DNA from: Ignavibacteriota bacterium
GTDB lineage: Bacteria; Bacteroidota; Ignavibacteria; UBA10030
NCBI GenBank assembly: GCA_963701295.1
Contig: OY969585.1
Location: 736,001-800,000 of the forward strand
Length of the DNA: 64,000 nt
Direction of reading: 5' to 3'
Position numbers and translations under genes: made by a program. Numbering within the stretch: the first letter of the stretch is position 1; the number at the start of each line of letters is the position of its first letter. The notes below the pieces were generated by a model, which was not told the DNA's origin, ran no database searches, and worked only from the letters and a program-made list of their open reading frames with translations. Below, piece by piece: positions 10,468-21,232 of this stretch.

Positions 10468-11826
10468 TTAAAAATTTATGACGTCATTATACAGAACGAA
10501 CGCCATAAACACAAGCAATAATATAAATCCCGCTTGCTGAATAACAATTTTCACTTTACTTGGCACTTCACGTCGGAATACAGCTTCATACGCCAAAAAC
10601 ATAAGATGCCCGCCATCAAGCGCGGGAAATGGAAGAATATTAATCAAGGCAAGGCTAATACTTAACAAACCGATGAATCCAAAAAATTCTATCAATCCGA
10701 TGTCTGCTGATCTCTTTGCCATTTGGGCAATTTTTACTGGTCCACCCATCGATTTAAGCGAAGCCTTCCCAACAATTAATTGGTACATATTGGAAAGAAA
10801 GAGAACACTCGTAAATTGAAGTTCTTGGACACCAGCCGGAAGCGCTTCGAAAAAACCATATTGTCGTCGTTTGAACGGCCCTTGATAAACACTTGCGATT
10901 TGAATACCAATTCTGCCCTCCGAATTCGGAGTCACTTTTGCAGTCATCTTCTGTTCACCGCGCGCCCAAGTGAGGAGAATTTCCTTGCCTTTATTTAAGT
11001 GAATGAGTTCAGGAAGCATTCCGGCGCTGACTGGAATTCCATTGACCGCGATAACCGTATCTCCCGGCTGAAGGTCTATCTTTCCTGCAGGTTTTTCCTT
11101 ATCAACATCGACGATAAGTGGAACTTCACCAATCGGATTTATTCCGAATCGCTCTTCGGTAAGATCAGAAATGTCCGTACGGTGAATCGTAACAGTAATG
11201 GCTGCACCTAAACGCTTCAGGTGGAAGGTAAGGTCATGCGTCACTGATTCTGTATAGATGGAGCTCTCAATTTCATCCCATTGTTGAATCGGATGATCAT
11301 TAATTGAGAGAATCTCGTCACCAACATGCAGACCTGATTTCGCAGCGACACTATTTGGTGTTATGTAGCCAATCTCCGTTACCGGACGAATCGTCTTGCC
11401 CTGGTAATAAATAATTCCCCAGAAGATTAAGACAGCGAGAAGAAGATTCATAATTACACCAGCGGAAATAACGATCATGCGCTGCCATATTGGTTTTGAT
11501 CGGAATTCCCATGGCTGTGGTTCTTTATTTAAGAATTCCGTGTCCATGCTTTCGTCGATCATACCCGCAATTTTTACATAGCCGCCAATAGGAAACAGAG
11601 CAACGCGGTAGTCGGTATTCCCTTGCAGATCGAAATCATTTTTCAATGAACCGAATGTAAATTTACTGATCTTGTTCCAACCAAAAACGCGATTGCCCAT
11701 TCCGAACGCAAATACTTCGGCACGCATTCCGCATGCAATCGCCGCAAGAAAATGTCCAAACTCATGTACCAGTACCAGAATGCCGATGGTAATAATAAAA
11801 TAGAATAGTGTGCTTAGTATGGTCAT
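10468..11826 (-). CDS. rseP: RIP metalloprotease RseP (M50, two PDZ domains)
   Basis: VHEFGH, PIGGYVKIAG, INILPFPALDGGH; adjacent to dxr. Confidence 0.96.
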   Translation of the reverse strand: MTILSTLFYFIITIGILVLVHEFGHFLAAIACGMRAEVFAFGMGNRVFGWNKISKFTFGSLKNDFDLQGNTDYRVALFPIGGYVKIAGMIDESMDTEFLNKEPQPWEFRSKPIWQRMIVISAGVIMNLLLAVLIFWGIIYYQGKTIRPVTEIGYITPNSVAAKSGLHVGDEILSINDHPIQQWDEIESSIYTESVTHDLTFHLKRLGAAITVTIHRTDISDLTEERFGINPIGEVPLIVDVDKEKPAGKIDLQPGDTVIAVNGIPVSAGMLPELIHLNKGKEILLTWARGEQKMTAKVTPNSEGRIGIQIASVYQGPFKRRQYGFFEALPAGVQELQFTSVLFLSNMYQLIVGKASLKSMGGPVKIAQMAKRSADIGLIEFFGFIGLLSISLALINILPFPALDGGHLMFLAYEAVFRREVPSKVKIVIQQAGFILLLVFMAFVLYNDVINF

Positions 11827-11876
11827 AGGTTTAATTCATTCTTGCTCTATTCATGTATGCTTTTTAACGCTGGAGG

Positions 11877-13031
11877 TTACAATAAAGTTCGTACGTATTC
11901 CCGTGTTTTATGGTCGCTGTGAAAAATATGCTCTAAATCAGGTGAGAGATGGTTGGTCTGTTTGGTGAGCGCCTGTTCGATAAGCTCAGGAATTCGATGA
12001 AATGAGATTTTTCTCTCTAAGAATGCCTGCACTGCTACTTCGTTTGCCGCGTTCATAATAGTGGGAGCAGTTCCACCTAAAGCAATCGCATCATATGCCA
12101 ATTGCAGGCAGCGAAATTTTCCCCGATCCGGAGTCAAAAATGTCAACAAGTGAAGTTTAGGAAAGTCTACTCTGCCTCCACCGAGTTGAACACGATCGGG
12201 ATAGGTGAGGGCATACTGAATCGGAATTTTCATATCCGGCAAGCCAAGCTGTGCTTTGATCGAACCATCAATGAACTCAACCATCGAATGAATGATGGAT
12301 TGCGGATGGATCACTACATCGATGCGTTCCGTCGGCATGTCGAACAACCAGTGCGCTTCAATCACCTCCAACCCTTTGTTCATCATCGTTGCGCAGTCGA
12401 TGGTAATCTTATTGCCCATTTTCCAATTGGGGTGATTCAGAGCTTTCTCTACTGTAATCGATGCAAACTCTTCCTTCGGCATATTCAAAAATGGCCCGCC
12501 TGATGCGGTCAGAATAATTTTGGCAATGCGGCTCCATTGCTCGCCGGCAAGGCATTGTAAAATAGCGCTGTGTTCGCTATCGATAGGGAGAAGTGAAACA
12601 CCATATTCCTTTGCCATGGAAGTTACTAATTGTCCCGCTATGACGAGGGTTTCTTTGTTGGCGAGCGCAATGTTTTTGCAATGTTTGATAGCTTCGATAG
12701 TCGGCTTCAATCCAGCAAATCCGACAAGGGAATTGACGACAATATCGACATCATCCCGGCGAACTATTTCCAGAAGACCTTCGCGTCCGGTCAGGACCTC
12801 AACCGAATCATCCACAATTGTTCGCAGCGCTGCGGCTTTTGCTTCATCCAACACAACGACACCGCGCGGCTTAAATTGTGCTATCTGGCTTTGGAGCAGC
12901 TCGATATTAGTGTTGGTGGAAAGATAGGTAACGCAAAATCGGTCTGAAAGATTATGGATGACCGATAGGCTGTTGCGGCCTATCGAACCGGTCGAGCCAA
13001 GAATGGCTATATTCTTTGGAGTTTGACTCAT
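11877..13031 (-). CDS. dxr: 1-deoxy-D-xylulose-5-phosphate reductoisomerase
   Basis: ILGSTGSIG, LANKE, PIDSEH, TASGGPF, HPNWKMG, NAANE. Start placed at ATG 13031. Confidence 0.97.
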   Translation of the reverse strand: MSQTPKNIAILGSTGSIGRNSLSVIHNLSDRFCVTYLSTNTNIELLQSQIAQFKPRGVVVLDEAKAAALRTIVDDSVEVLTGREGLLEIVRRDDVDIVVNSLVGFAGLKPTIEAIKHCKNIALANKETLVIAGQLVTSMAKEYGVSLLPIDSEHSAILQCLAGEQWSRIAKIILTASGGPFLNMPKEEFASITVEKALNHPNWKMGNKITIDCATMMNKGLEVIEAHWLFDMPTERIDVVIHPQSIIHSMVEFIDGSIKAQLGLPDMKIPIQYALTYPDRVQLGGGRVDFPKLHLLTFLTPDRGKFRCLQLAYDAIALGGTAPTIMNAANEVAVQAFLERKISFHRIPELIEQALTKQTNHLSPDLEHIFHSDHKTREYVRTLL

Positions 13032-13177
13032 CACATTTAAATTTAAGGTAATCAAAATCGGTAGGCATGTCAAGGAAGCCATTTCCATCCCTTTTATTAG
13101 GACTGTTTCGCAAATCGTTTCTCCTTTTTGTATATTGATGGAAAGATAAGGAACAAACAATAAGGAGAAGGGAAGTC

Positions 13178-15007
13178 GTGAAAGGAAAAATCGAATATAT
13201 TGTTTTCTTGTTCACGTTTGCCTTTGGATTGTTCAACGCTGCCTTTTCCCAAGATGCTGACAAAATGATGAAGCTTCGGCTTGCGCAAAACTTTGAAGAA
13301 ACAGATGAATGGGAGCACGCAGCCACACTATACGAGGAATTGTACAAATCCGAACCTACGAATTTTAATTTCCTTGATGGCCTCCGGCGGAGTTACACCC
13401 AACTGAAAGAGTACGATAAAGCAATTGGCATAATTCGCCGGTGGTTCATCACCCATCCGCGCGATATCAACCTTATGACAACGCTTGGCGGTCTTTATTA
13501 TGATTCAGGGAATGAAACAGCCGCGGATTCTGTCTGGAAGGTTGTGCTGTCCGTTGATCCCAACAACATGCAATTCTACCGTATTGTTGCTAATGAAATG
13601 ATGCAGCACCGGTTATATGAACAGTGTATTCGTACATATATTGACGCGCGAACGATGAGCAAAAGTGATATCCTCTTTGCAGACGAACTTGGAACTCTTT
13701 ATGCTGCACTGCAACAATATACTTCGGCAACTCAAGAATATCTTCGTCTCGTGAAAAAAAATCCAGACCAAATATTGTTCGTGCAATCACGGCTCAGTAC
13801 CATCGTTCTCAAACCGGAAGCTCTCCAGACAGCGTTAGAGATCATGAAGGCAGAAGTGAAAATCTCGCCAGATAATATTGCGCTCCATCGTTTGTATGTC
13901 TGGCTGTTGATGGAAGAACGGCAGTATGATTCTGCTCTTGAACACTATCGAATTATCGACCGACTTGCCAACGCCAACGGCAGCGAATTATTCAACTTTG
14001 CACAACAGCTGAGTCAGGAACATGCTTCGCTAGCCGCGGCAGAGGCATTCAAGGAAATTATCAGCCATTTCGAGAAAAGCAGGTTACTTCCCTATGCACG
14101 CTTTGGGTATGCCCACGCTCTTGAAGAATTAAGCGATGAAGCCGACACTCTTGCGCCAGAATCGCAGCGAACATACAGGGATGCAATTCAAATATATGAA
14201 TCCATTATCGCTGACCGGGGTCATTCCGACCTTGCCGTACGGTCATTATTTCGCATCGGTGTTATAAAATTCGAAAAACTCTTTGATCTCGACGGCGCAT
14301 TGAGAGCTTTTAACAAGATCAAAGAATATCCCAATACAATGAACATTCTGTACGATGCTGCGATCAAAAATGGCGAGGTACAGATTGCGCGCAACGATCT
14401 TGTCGCAGCGCGTAAGGAATTCGAGAGAACCACAGAGATCCCGCTCGTCATCTATCAAGATCAGGCTGTATTCAAATTGGCTGAACTAAATTACTTTGAA
14501 GCACAATTCGACACATCACTTTCACTGTTGAAGCGATTCGACACAAACCTCAATACCGATTTTACAAACGATGCATTACAACTCCAATATTTTATTCAGG
14601 AAAATAAAACTTCCTCTTTGCCGGCATTGATAGAATTTGCAAAAGCCGATTTACAGATGCGCCAAAGGAAATATCCTGAATCTCTCAATCACTTCCGGGA
14701 TATCGTTAAGCAGTACCCAACTGCATTGCTCGTAGACGACGCAATGATGAAAATTGGTGAGCTTCATCTAGGATTGAAACAGACGAATGAAGCGATTGCG
14801 GTATTTCGTTTTATTGTTGACTCGATTCAGTTAAGTATTCTCAAAGACAAAGCTCAATTCCGCATTGCAGAAATAACCGAAAACGTTCTGCACAATAAAG
14901 CCCAGGCAATAACAACCTATGAAAAACTATTGGAACAATTTCCAAATTCACTCTACGCAGAGCAAGCGAGGAAGAGAATACGGTTGCTGAGGGGAGATGG
15001 TGTATAG
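13178..15007 (+). CDS. Secreted tetratricopeptide-repeat protein
   Basis: Signal peptide, many TPR-like helices, C-terminal QFPNSLYAEQARKR. Confidence 0.88.
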   Translation: MKGKIEYIVFLFTFAFGLFNAAFSQDADKMMKLRLAQNFEETDEWEHAATLYEELYKSEPTNFNFLDGLRRSYTQLKEYDKAIGIIRRWFITHPRDINLMTTLGGLYYDSGNETAADSVWKVVLSVDPNNMQFYRIVANEMMQHRLYEQCIRTYIDARTMSKSDILFADELGTLYAALQQYTSATQEYLRLVKKNPDQILFVQSRLSTIVLKPEALQTALEIMKAEVKISPDNIALHRLYVWLLMEERQYDSALEHYRIIDRLANANGSELFNFAQQLSQEHASLAAAEAFKEIISHFEKSRLLPYARFGYAHALEELSDEADTLAPESQRTYRDAIQIYESIIADRGHSDLAVRSLFRIGVIKFEKLFDLDGALRAFNKIKEYPNTMNILYDAAIKNGEVQIARNDLVAARKEFERTTEIPLVIYQDQAVFKLAELNYFEAQFDTSLSLLKRFDTNLNTDFTNDALQLQYFIQENKTSSLPALIEFAKADLQMRQRKYPESLNHFRDIVKQYPTALLVDDAMMKIGELHLGLKQTNEAIAVFRFIVDSIQLSILKDKAQFRIAEITENVLHNKAQAITTYEKLLEQFPNSLYAEQARKRIRLLRGDGV

Positions 15008-15261
15008 TGTATAGAGAGTTGAATTGCTATTGAAGAAATGTCACCAGAAAAAGCGACGGAATTCATTGATGGTATAAGATTTTTCTATTCATTCAAATAT
15101 TTTATAAGATCCCCGCTTTCACAAGAATGACCTTTCTCTTTCTGCTCAGTTATATCGACATCTTTTTCCCATAATCCCAGAACAAAAACACAAAAGACTT
15201 AAAGTAATCCGAGCCTTTTGGTACAGTATATCCTTTTAGAGAGACGTTCCATTGAACGGCT

Positions 15262-17097
15262 TTACATTGGTATTGAGTGAACGAGTGCCTTTTCCTTCTT
15301 CTTTGCTTCTCCGTTCGTTTTCCATACAAATATTCCACGCTTCGTATATGTTGTATGGAGAAGGTGATGTGACAATTCGCCTAACGGCTCTTTCAAAAAA
15401 TCTTTGTACAATGCAACGATTTGTGGATTCTCATGCGACTTGCGAATTTGCTTATTGACATCCTCGTTGTAAATCGATTCGGCTCTCTTTTTCCTGATCT
15501 CCCACGTTGTGGGAATCGGCTGACCGCCGCCGCCGAGACATCCGCCCGGACATGTCATCACTTCGACAAAGGCATACGGCGATTCTCCTTTTTCCACTTG
15601 CTCTAATATTCGCCTTGCATTTTTTAACGTGTGTGCGACCGCAACTTTTACTTTCGTGCCGTTCATATCTACTTCTGCTTCCTTAATTCCATCCATGCCG
15701 CGGACTGTTGTAAAGTTGATGTCTGTGAGTTTTTTTTCTGTGACTACCTCATATGCCGTTCGGAGTGCTGCTTCCATAACACCGCCGGTTGCACCGAAGA
15801 TGACCGCAGCTCCTGTCGATTCGCCCAAAGGATGATCAAATTCCTCCGCCGGAAGATCGGAGAACCGAATTCCAGATTCTTTGAACATCCGGGCAAGCTC
15901 TCTCGTTGTCAACACATAATCGACATCATAGAACGCATCGTCGTTCACCATTGCTTTTTTTTCTTTCCAGTATTCGAAGGCGCTCATCATCTCAGGGCGT
16001 TTCGCTTCATATTTCTTCGCTGTACATGGCATGATCGAAACGACAATAATTTTTCTTGGGTCAATTCCCATCTTTGCAGCATAGTACGTTTTCGCGATCA
16101 CACCGAACATTTGCTGAGGCGATTTGCAGGTGGAAAGATGTGCGAGTGAATTGGGAAAGAAATGTTCTGCAAATTTGATCCACCCAGGCGAACATGAGGT
16201 AATCATTGGCAAAACACCCTTATTGGTAATTCGTTTAATGAGTTCATGCCCCTCTTCCATAATTGTTAAATCGGCAGTGAACTGTGTATCAAAGACCTTG
16301 CTAAAACCGAGTCTCCGCAGACCGGCAACCATCTGCCCTGTCACAAGAGCGCCGGAATCCATCCCCATCGCCTCACCGATGCCGACACGAATTGCAGGAG
16401 CGGTTTGCACAATCACTACTTTATCCGGATTAATAATTTCTTCAAAAACAGCGTCGGTATCATCACGTTCAACGATTGCTCCGGTAGGACATACTAACGC
16501 GCATTGTCCGCAATTGATACAGGCAACATTGCCGAGTCCTTTTTCCATATATGTTGAGATTTTAGTCTTGATCCCTCGTTTAGAAAGACCAATAGCGCTC
16601 ACCGTCTGCACCTCGGCACATACAGCGATACATCTTCCACAGAGAATGCACTTATTTGGATCGCGGATAATGGAGGGTGAAGTTTCATCCAACGATTCTT
16701 CCTTCTTGGTACGGACAAATTGTTCTTCCTTCACACCCAGATCGGCAGAAATCGTTTGGAGCTCGCAATTCTGATTGCGTAAACACGACAGGCAATCTTT
16801 CGGATGATTGGCAAGCAATAATTCGATGTTTGTTTTTCTCGCATCACGAACACGCGGTGTGTGTGTTGCAATTTCCATTCCTTCGTTCACACAAGTTGAA
16901 CAAGACCGCACCAATGATCGTGCCCCTTTAACTTCAACCACACAAACACCGCACGAAGCATTGCGAGCAACATCTTCGAGATAGCACAGCGTCGGGATTC
17001 TCATCCCTGCACGTTTGCATGCATCCAGAATTGTCATGCCTCGAGGAACTTGATGTTCGTTTCCGTTAATTTTAATATTGACTATTTTCTTTTCCAT
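15262..17097 (-). CDS. hydA: [FeFe]-hydrogenase group A catalytic subunit (HydA/HndD type)
   Basis: N-terminal [2Fe-2S], HxxxCxxC and 2x[4Fe-4S] motifs; H-cluster motifs TSCSPGW, MPCTAKKYE, EVMTCPGGCLGGGGQP; RKSHENP...LLHT tail. Start at ATG 17097. Confidence 0.97.
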   Translation of the reverse strand: MEKKIVNIKINGNEHQVPRGMTILDACKRAGMRIPTLCYLEDVARNASCGVCVVEVKGARSLVRSCSTCVNEGMEIATHTPRVRDARKTNIELLLANHPKDCLSCLRNQNCELQTISADLGVKEEQFVRTKKEESLDETSPSIIRDPNKCILCGRCIAVCAEVQTVSAIGLSKRGIKTKISTYMEKGLGNVACINCGQCALVCPTGAIVERDDTDAVFEEIINPDKVVIVQTAPAIRVGIGEAMGMDSGALVTGQMVAGLRRLGFSKVFDTQFTADLTIMEEGHELIKRITNKGVLPMITSCSPGWIKFAEHFFPNSLAHLSTCKSPQQMFGVIAKTYYAAKMGIDPRKIIVVSIMPCTAKKYEAKRPEMMSAFEYWKEKKAMVNDDAFYDVDYVLTTRELARMFKESGIRFSDLPAEEFDHPLGESTGAAVIFGATGGVMEAALRTAYEVVTEKKLTDINFTTVRGMDGIKEAEVDMNGTKVKVAVAHTLKNARRILEQVEKGESPYAFVEVMTCPGGCLGGGGQPIPTTWEIRKKRAESIYNEDVNKQIRKSHENPQIVALYKDFLKEPLGELSHHLLHTTYTKRGIFVWKTNGEAKKKEKALVHSIPM

Positions 17098-17114
17098 AGA
17101 ATATTTTTTCTCTC

Positions 17115-20100
17115 TTAATCCTGATCTTGGCATTTGACATCACATCGCAAGCAGCGAGTAGCTTCTTGGAGTGCTTCTTCTCCGCTGTACCCGGAAAGAA
17201 CTTCCTGAAAGTTTGAAACTCTTTCTTTTACAGCAAGCATTTTCGGTTTCACCATTTTCCCGCCTTCTGGTTCCGGCATTACTTCATCTTTATATTTGAA
17301 GTCCCTGAACAATCGATGGAACCGTTTCTCCTTCATCAGATCGAAGTCAATCGCTTCAGAGGCATGGCGGGCAATTCCCATCGCTTCGGAAACTGTTGCT
17401 GGTCCTGTCACTGCATCACCGCCAGCATAGATTTTCGGCAGGTTGGTTCGATAACTCGGTTGATGCACTTTTACTGCGCCATTCTTTCGAAGTTCCAGAC
17501 CGATTTCTTTTGCCGATTCAAAGTCCACTTTTTCACCAACTGCAAGAATAACCGCGCTGCATTCAATAATTGCCGTTTCGCCTGTCTCAACAGGCCTCTT
17601 TCTTCCTGAGCTGTCGAAACCGTCGAACTTCATTTTATGAATTTCAAGCCCTGTCACTTTTCCTTTCAAGTCACCAATGATTCGGTGCGGCGCCGACATA
17701 AACATAAATCGAATGGTTTCATCGATGGCGTCTTTAATCTCATGTTCATTAGCCGGCATTTCATCTCTATCACGACGATAGACGACCGTTACATCGGCTC
17801 CCAATCGAAGACACGAACGTGCGGCATCGATCGCCACATTGCCCGCACCAACCACGACGACATTCTTGCCAAGATGGAGCTTTTTTCCGCTGGCAAATTC
17901 TTCAAGGAATTCGTAACCCTGAATGACTCCGTTAAGATGTCTGCCTGGGATGTCAAGTTCAATATCTTTCTGAGCACCGACGGCAAGGAAGATTGCATCG
18001 CTTTGTTTTTGCAGATTCTTGAAAGACAACTCTTTGCCAACACGCGTATTGAAGACAAACTTGACACCCAGTTTCTTGAAAAGATCGAGCTCTTTGTTCA
18101 GACTGTCTTTTGGCAACCGATATGCAGGAATGCCATATTGCAGAATTCCTCCTGCTTTCGCATGGCTGTCATAGACTGTAACATTGTGACCAAGACGAAC
18201 GAGAAAATATGCCGCCGTCAATCCAGCTGGTCCCGCACCCACGATGGCAATTTTCTTTCCGGTTGGTGAAAGTCTTTCTTTGATCAATCGTTGATAGATC
18301 GCTTTTTCTTTGCCCATCTTGTACATCGTGTCGGCAAGATAACGATGAATCTCTCCCTGCGAAACGGGATCGTCGATTGTATCCCTGCGGCATCGCATCA
18401 TACAGTGAAAGTAACAAATTCTTCCGACGGTTCCCGGAAGTGGATTGTCACGCAAGGTCAACTCGAATGCTTCTTCAATTCTTCCTTCCTTGAGAAGCTG
18501 CAAATAGCCGGGGATGTTCATATGGAGCGGGCAGCTGTTTTCGCATAGAGCCATAAATAAACTTTCGCACACACCAGCCTTGCATCGTTTTTGGATGATG
18601 TGCTTCTCGTACTCATCACGAAAATACCGCAGCGTGGATAGTACAGGATTCGAACTCGTTTGTCCCAATCCACAGAGTGAAGAATCACGAATCACGTACG
18701 CTAATCGTTCAAGCGTATCGAGATCTTTCATGGTTGCGTCACCGTGTGTAATTTTATTGAGAATAGCGAGCGCCTGCGCAAGTCCTTCACGGCATGGTGT
18801 GCATTTGCCGCATGATTCAGCATATGTCACTTCAACGAAGTACCGTGCAACATCCACCATACAATTATCCTGATCCATCACAACCATTCCACCGGAACCC
18901 ATAATCGTTCCAAGTTTTGTGAGGGACTCATAATCGACCGGGGTATTAAAATGTTCAACGGGTATGCACCCTCCCGAGGGGCCTCCCGTTTGTACAGCGC
19001 GGATCTTTTTCTTGTTACCTGTGCCTTCACCCATCTGATAGATAATATTTTCCAGCGGTGTGCCAAGCGGTAATTCCACTAGTCCGGTATTTTTAATTTT
19101 ACCAACAAGTGAAAAAACTTTTGTACCGGTACTGGTCGGCGTTCCGAATTTAGCAAATTCATTACCACCGATCATAACAATGACAGGAACATTGATCCAT
19201 GTTTCCACGTTATTGATATTTGTGGGCTTTCCCCACAATCCTTTTTGTGCTGGATACGGAGGACGAGGTAAGGGACGGCCTGCTCTTCCTTCAATCGATG
19301 CAATAAGTGCGGTTTCTTCGCCGCACACGAAAGCGCCAGCTCCTTCAACATAACAAAGATCAAAACTAAACGATGAGCCGAAAATATTTTTCCCGAGAAT
19401 GCCGTATTCTCTAGCAGCGGCAACAGCTTTCTTGAATCGCTCGACGGCAAGCGGGTACTCGGCTCTCACATACATCACGCCTTCAGATGCACCCATCACA
19501 TATGCACCGATCATCATTCCTTCGATGAGTGCGTGAGGATCGCTTTCGATCTCATTCCGGTTCATATATGCCCCCGGGTCGCCTTCATCTGCATTGCAGA
19601 TGATGTATTTTTGGTCGGCATCAACTTTTTTCATCATCTCCCACTTGATCGCTGTGGGGAACCCAGCTCCTCCTCGTCCGCGAAGTTTTGAATTCTTGAT
19701 CTCCTCGAGAACATTGTCTTTCGAAAGATGAGTGAGCGCCTTCATGAGTGCACTATAACCGCCAATACCGATATATTCTTCAATATCTTCTGGATTGATA
19801 AGACCAGAATCGCGGAGAACAATTTTCTTTTGTCCTTTGAAGAAAGGGATTGCCTTCCATAATGGCACAGTGCTTAATCCTGTGCCGAATTCAACCTTGG
19901 AAGTAAAGAAATCCCATTGCTCTATCCTGCACAGTGCTTTTTTTTGCGGTATCATTCCTCTGGATAAACCATAGACAATATTCTCGGCATCCTTTGGTTT
20001 CACTTTATGCAAGATGACCAGCGGCTGCCCTGGTATATAACAATTGACCAGAGTTTCTTCGGCACAAAAACCAAAACATCCTGTTATAGAGAGTTCGATC

Positions 20101-20270
20101 TTTGCCCTTTGTGCTTTTATAGCTTTCTGCAGACTTTCGTACACATCTTTCGCACCATTGCCCATCCCGCATGTTCCCATACCAACAGAAATTTTAGGGA
20201 CGTCAGGGAGAAGCTTCTTCAGCCCTTGCTGTTGGATTTTTTCTAATGTTGAAGCGTCAACAATCTTCAT
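17115..20270 (-). CDS. NuoF/HydB-like FMN/NADH subunit fused to a GltD/NfnB-like FAD/NADP(H) domain
   Basis: Thioredoxin-like N-domain, LRGRGGAGFP, NADEGDPGAYM, GAFVCGEET, GGPSGG, ESCGKCTPC; then CENSCP...NPLP..VGRIC, GAGPAG, YGIPAYRLP, GAGNVAIDAAR, VYRR, YAGGD, EATRCLRC. Confidence 0.93.
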   Translation of the reverse strand: MKIVDASTLEKIQQQGLKKLLPDVPKISVGMGTCGMGNGAKDVYESLQKAIKAQRAKIELSITGCFGFCAEETLVNCYIPGQPLVILHKVKPKDAENIVYGLSRGMIPQKKALCRIEQWDFFTSKVEFGTGLSTVPLWKAIPFFKGQKKIVLRDSGLINPEDIEEYIGIGGYSALMKALTHLSKDNVLEEIKNSKLRGRGGAGFPTAIKWEMMKKVDADQKYIICNADEGDPGAYMNRNEIESDPHALIEGMMIGAYVMGASEGVMYVRAEYPLAVERFKKAVAAAREYGILGKNIFGSSFSFDLCYVEGAGAFVCGEETALIASIEGRAGRPLPRPPYPAQKGLWGKPTNINNVETWINVPVIVMIGGNEFAKFGTPTSTGTKVFSLVGKIKNTGLVELPLGTPLENIIYQMGEGTGNKKKIRAVQTGGPSGGCIPVEHFNTPVDYESLTKLGTIMGSGGMVVMDQDNCMVDVARYFVEVTYAESCGKCTPCREGLAQALAILNKITHGDATMKDLDTLERLAYVIRDSSLCGLGQTSSNPVLSTLRYFRDEYEKHIIQKRCKAGVCESLFMALCENSCPLHMNIPGYLQLLKEGRIEEAFELTLRDNPLPGTVGRICYFHCMMRCRRDTIDDPVSQGEIHRYLADTMYKMGKEKAIYQRLIKERLSPTGKKIAIVGAGPAGLTAAYFLVRLGHNVTVYDSHAKAGGILQYGIPAYRLPKDSLNKELDLFKKLGVKFVFNTRVGKELSFKNLQKQSDAIFLAVGAQKDIELDIPGRHLNGVIQGYEFLEEFASGKKLHLGKNVVVVGAGNVAIDAARSCLRLGADVTVVYRRDRDEMPANEHEIKDAIDETIRFMFMSAPHRIIGDLKGKVTGLEIHKMKFDGFDSSGRKRPVETGETAIIECSAVILAVGEKVDFESAKEIGLELRKNGAVKVHQPSYRTNLPKIYAGGDAVTGPATVSEAMGIARHASEAIDFDLMKEKRFHRLFRDFKYKDEVMPEPEGGKMVKPKMLAVKERVSNFQEVLSGYSGEEALQEATRCLRCDVKCQDQD

Positions 20271-20788
20271 GATTTTTTCTTATCCTTAGAAATTTTACCG
20301 ATCAGCTTTTGCAGTTTTGCCGTGGTCACATTACTGTAAATAACTCCATCGATTGCAACAACCGGTGCAAGCGCACATTGGCCAAAACATGATACAGTGG
20401 AAATCGTGAACCGATTGTCCGGTGTAGTAAAGAACGGTTCACCTTCTTCCAGCGATTTGCTGCATCCCAGCATCAGTCCGATGTCATCAAAAAGCGCCTT
20501 TGATCCTTTTGTATGGCAGGCAGTTCCACGGCACACCGTAAGCGTGTGTTGGCCTTGCGGCTTGAGATTAAAGAATGAATAAAATGTAACGACATTGTAA
20601 ATCCTGGAAAGAGGAACACCCATTCTGAGTGCAACGTGGTTTAAGGCTTCTTCTGAAAGATATTTTTGCTCATTGAGGAGTTGCGTCTCTTCAAGAATGG
20701 TCAATAGTTCGCCATGTCGACCTTTATTTTTCGTGACAACCGAATCAATTTGCTGCAATTCCCGCGACAATGTCTGCGTTCTTTCCAT
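20267..20788 (-). CDS. NuoE/HydC-like [2Fe-2S] subunit
   Basis: VVTFYSFF, VCRGTACHTKG, CFGQCALAPV. Confidence 0.95.
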   Translation of the reverse strand: MERTQTLSRELQQIDSVVTKNKGRHGELLTILEETQLLNEQKYLSEEALNHVALRMGVPLSRIYNVVTFYSFFNLKPQGQHTLTVCRGTACHTKGSKALFDDIGLMLGCSKSLEEGEPFFTTPDNRFTISTVSCFGQCALAPVVAIDGVIYSNVTTAKLQKLIGKISKDKKKS

Positions 20789-21232
20789 AACCGTTCCTCA
20801 TTGAAAAAAAAATTTCGTTCGTATTTACGACAGTAAATATTTCCTTTGCAACTTTCATTCCATAAGAATAGACAGCGAAAAGCCCTCATTTTTGCTAGGA
20901 ATGATATAAAATCACGTTATGTTCTTGGTATTTGGAACTTAAGCGGCCGGCAATCTGCAGCGTAATACTTCCCTACAAGTAAAACGCAGTGTATAATATT
21001 GGTAAGATATGAAGGTTAGAATACTTCCAACTTCGCTTGCAATCACTATGTTTTAATAGAACACTTTATCATTGCTCAGAACGGAAATGGTTTCTTCATC
21101 AAAGTTCTTACAAAAATCACCAGCAAACTATTGACTCTTAAATACCCAAACATATAATACTAATATAGAAAAAAAAGAAATGAAAAACAGGAAAAACTCG
21201 TTTATGATGAAAAATAAACTATCTTGGAACAT

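Noticed and set aside
16170-16205. TSCSPGW instead of TSCCPGW as a sign of an inactive hydrogenase
   Set aside because: This variant is common in multimeric group A enzymes and the other H-cluster motifs are intact.
20790-21230. Rex or NikR site in the hydrogenase leader
   Set aside because: Only weak partial matches in AT-rich DNA.
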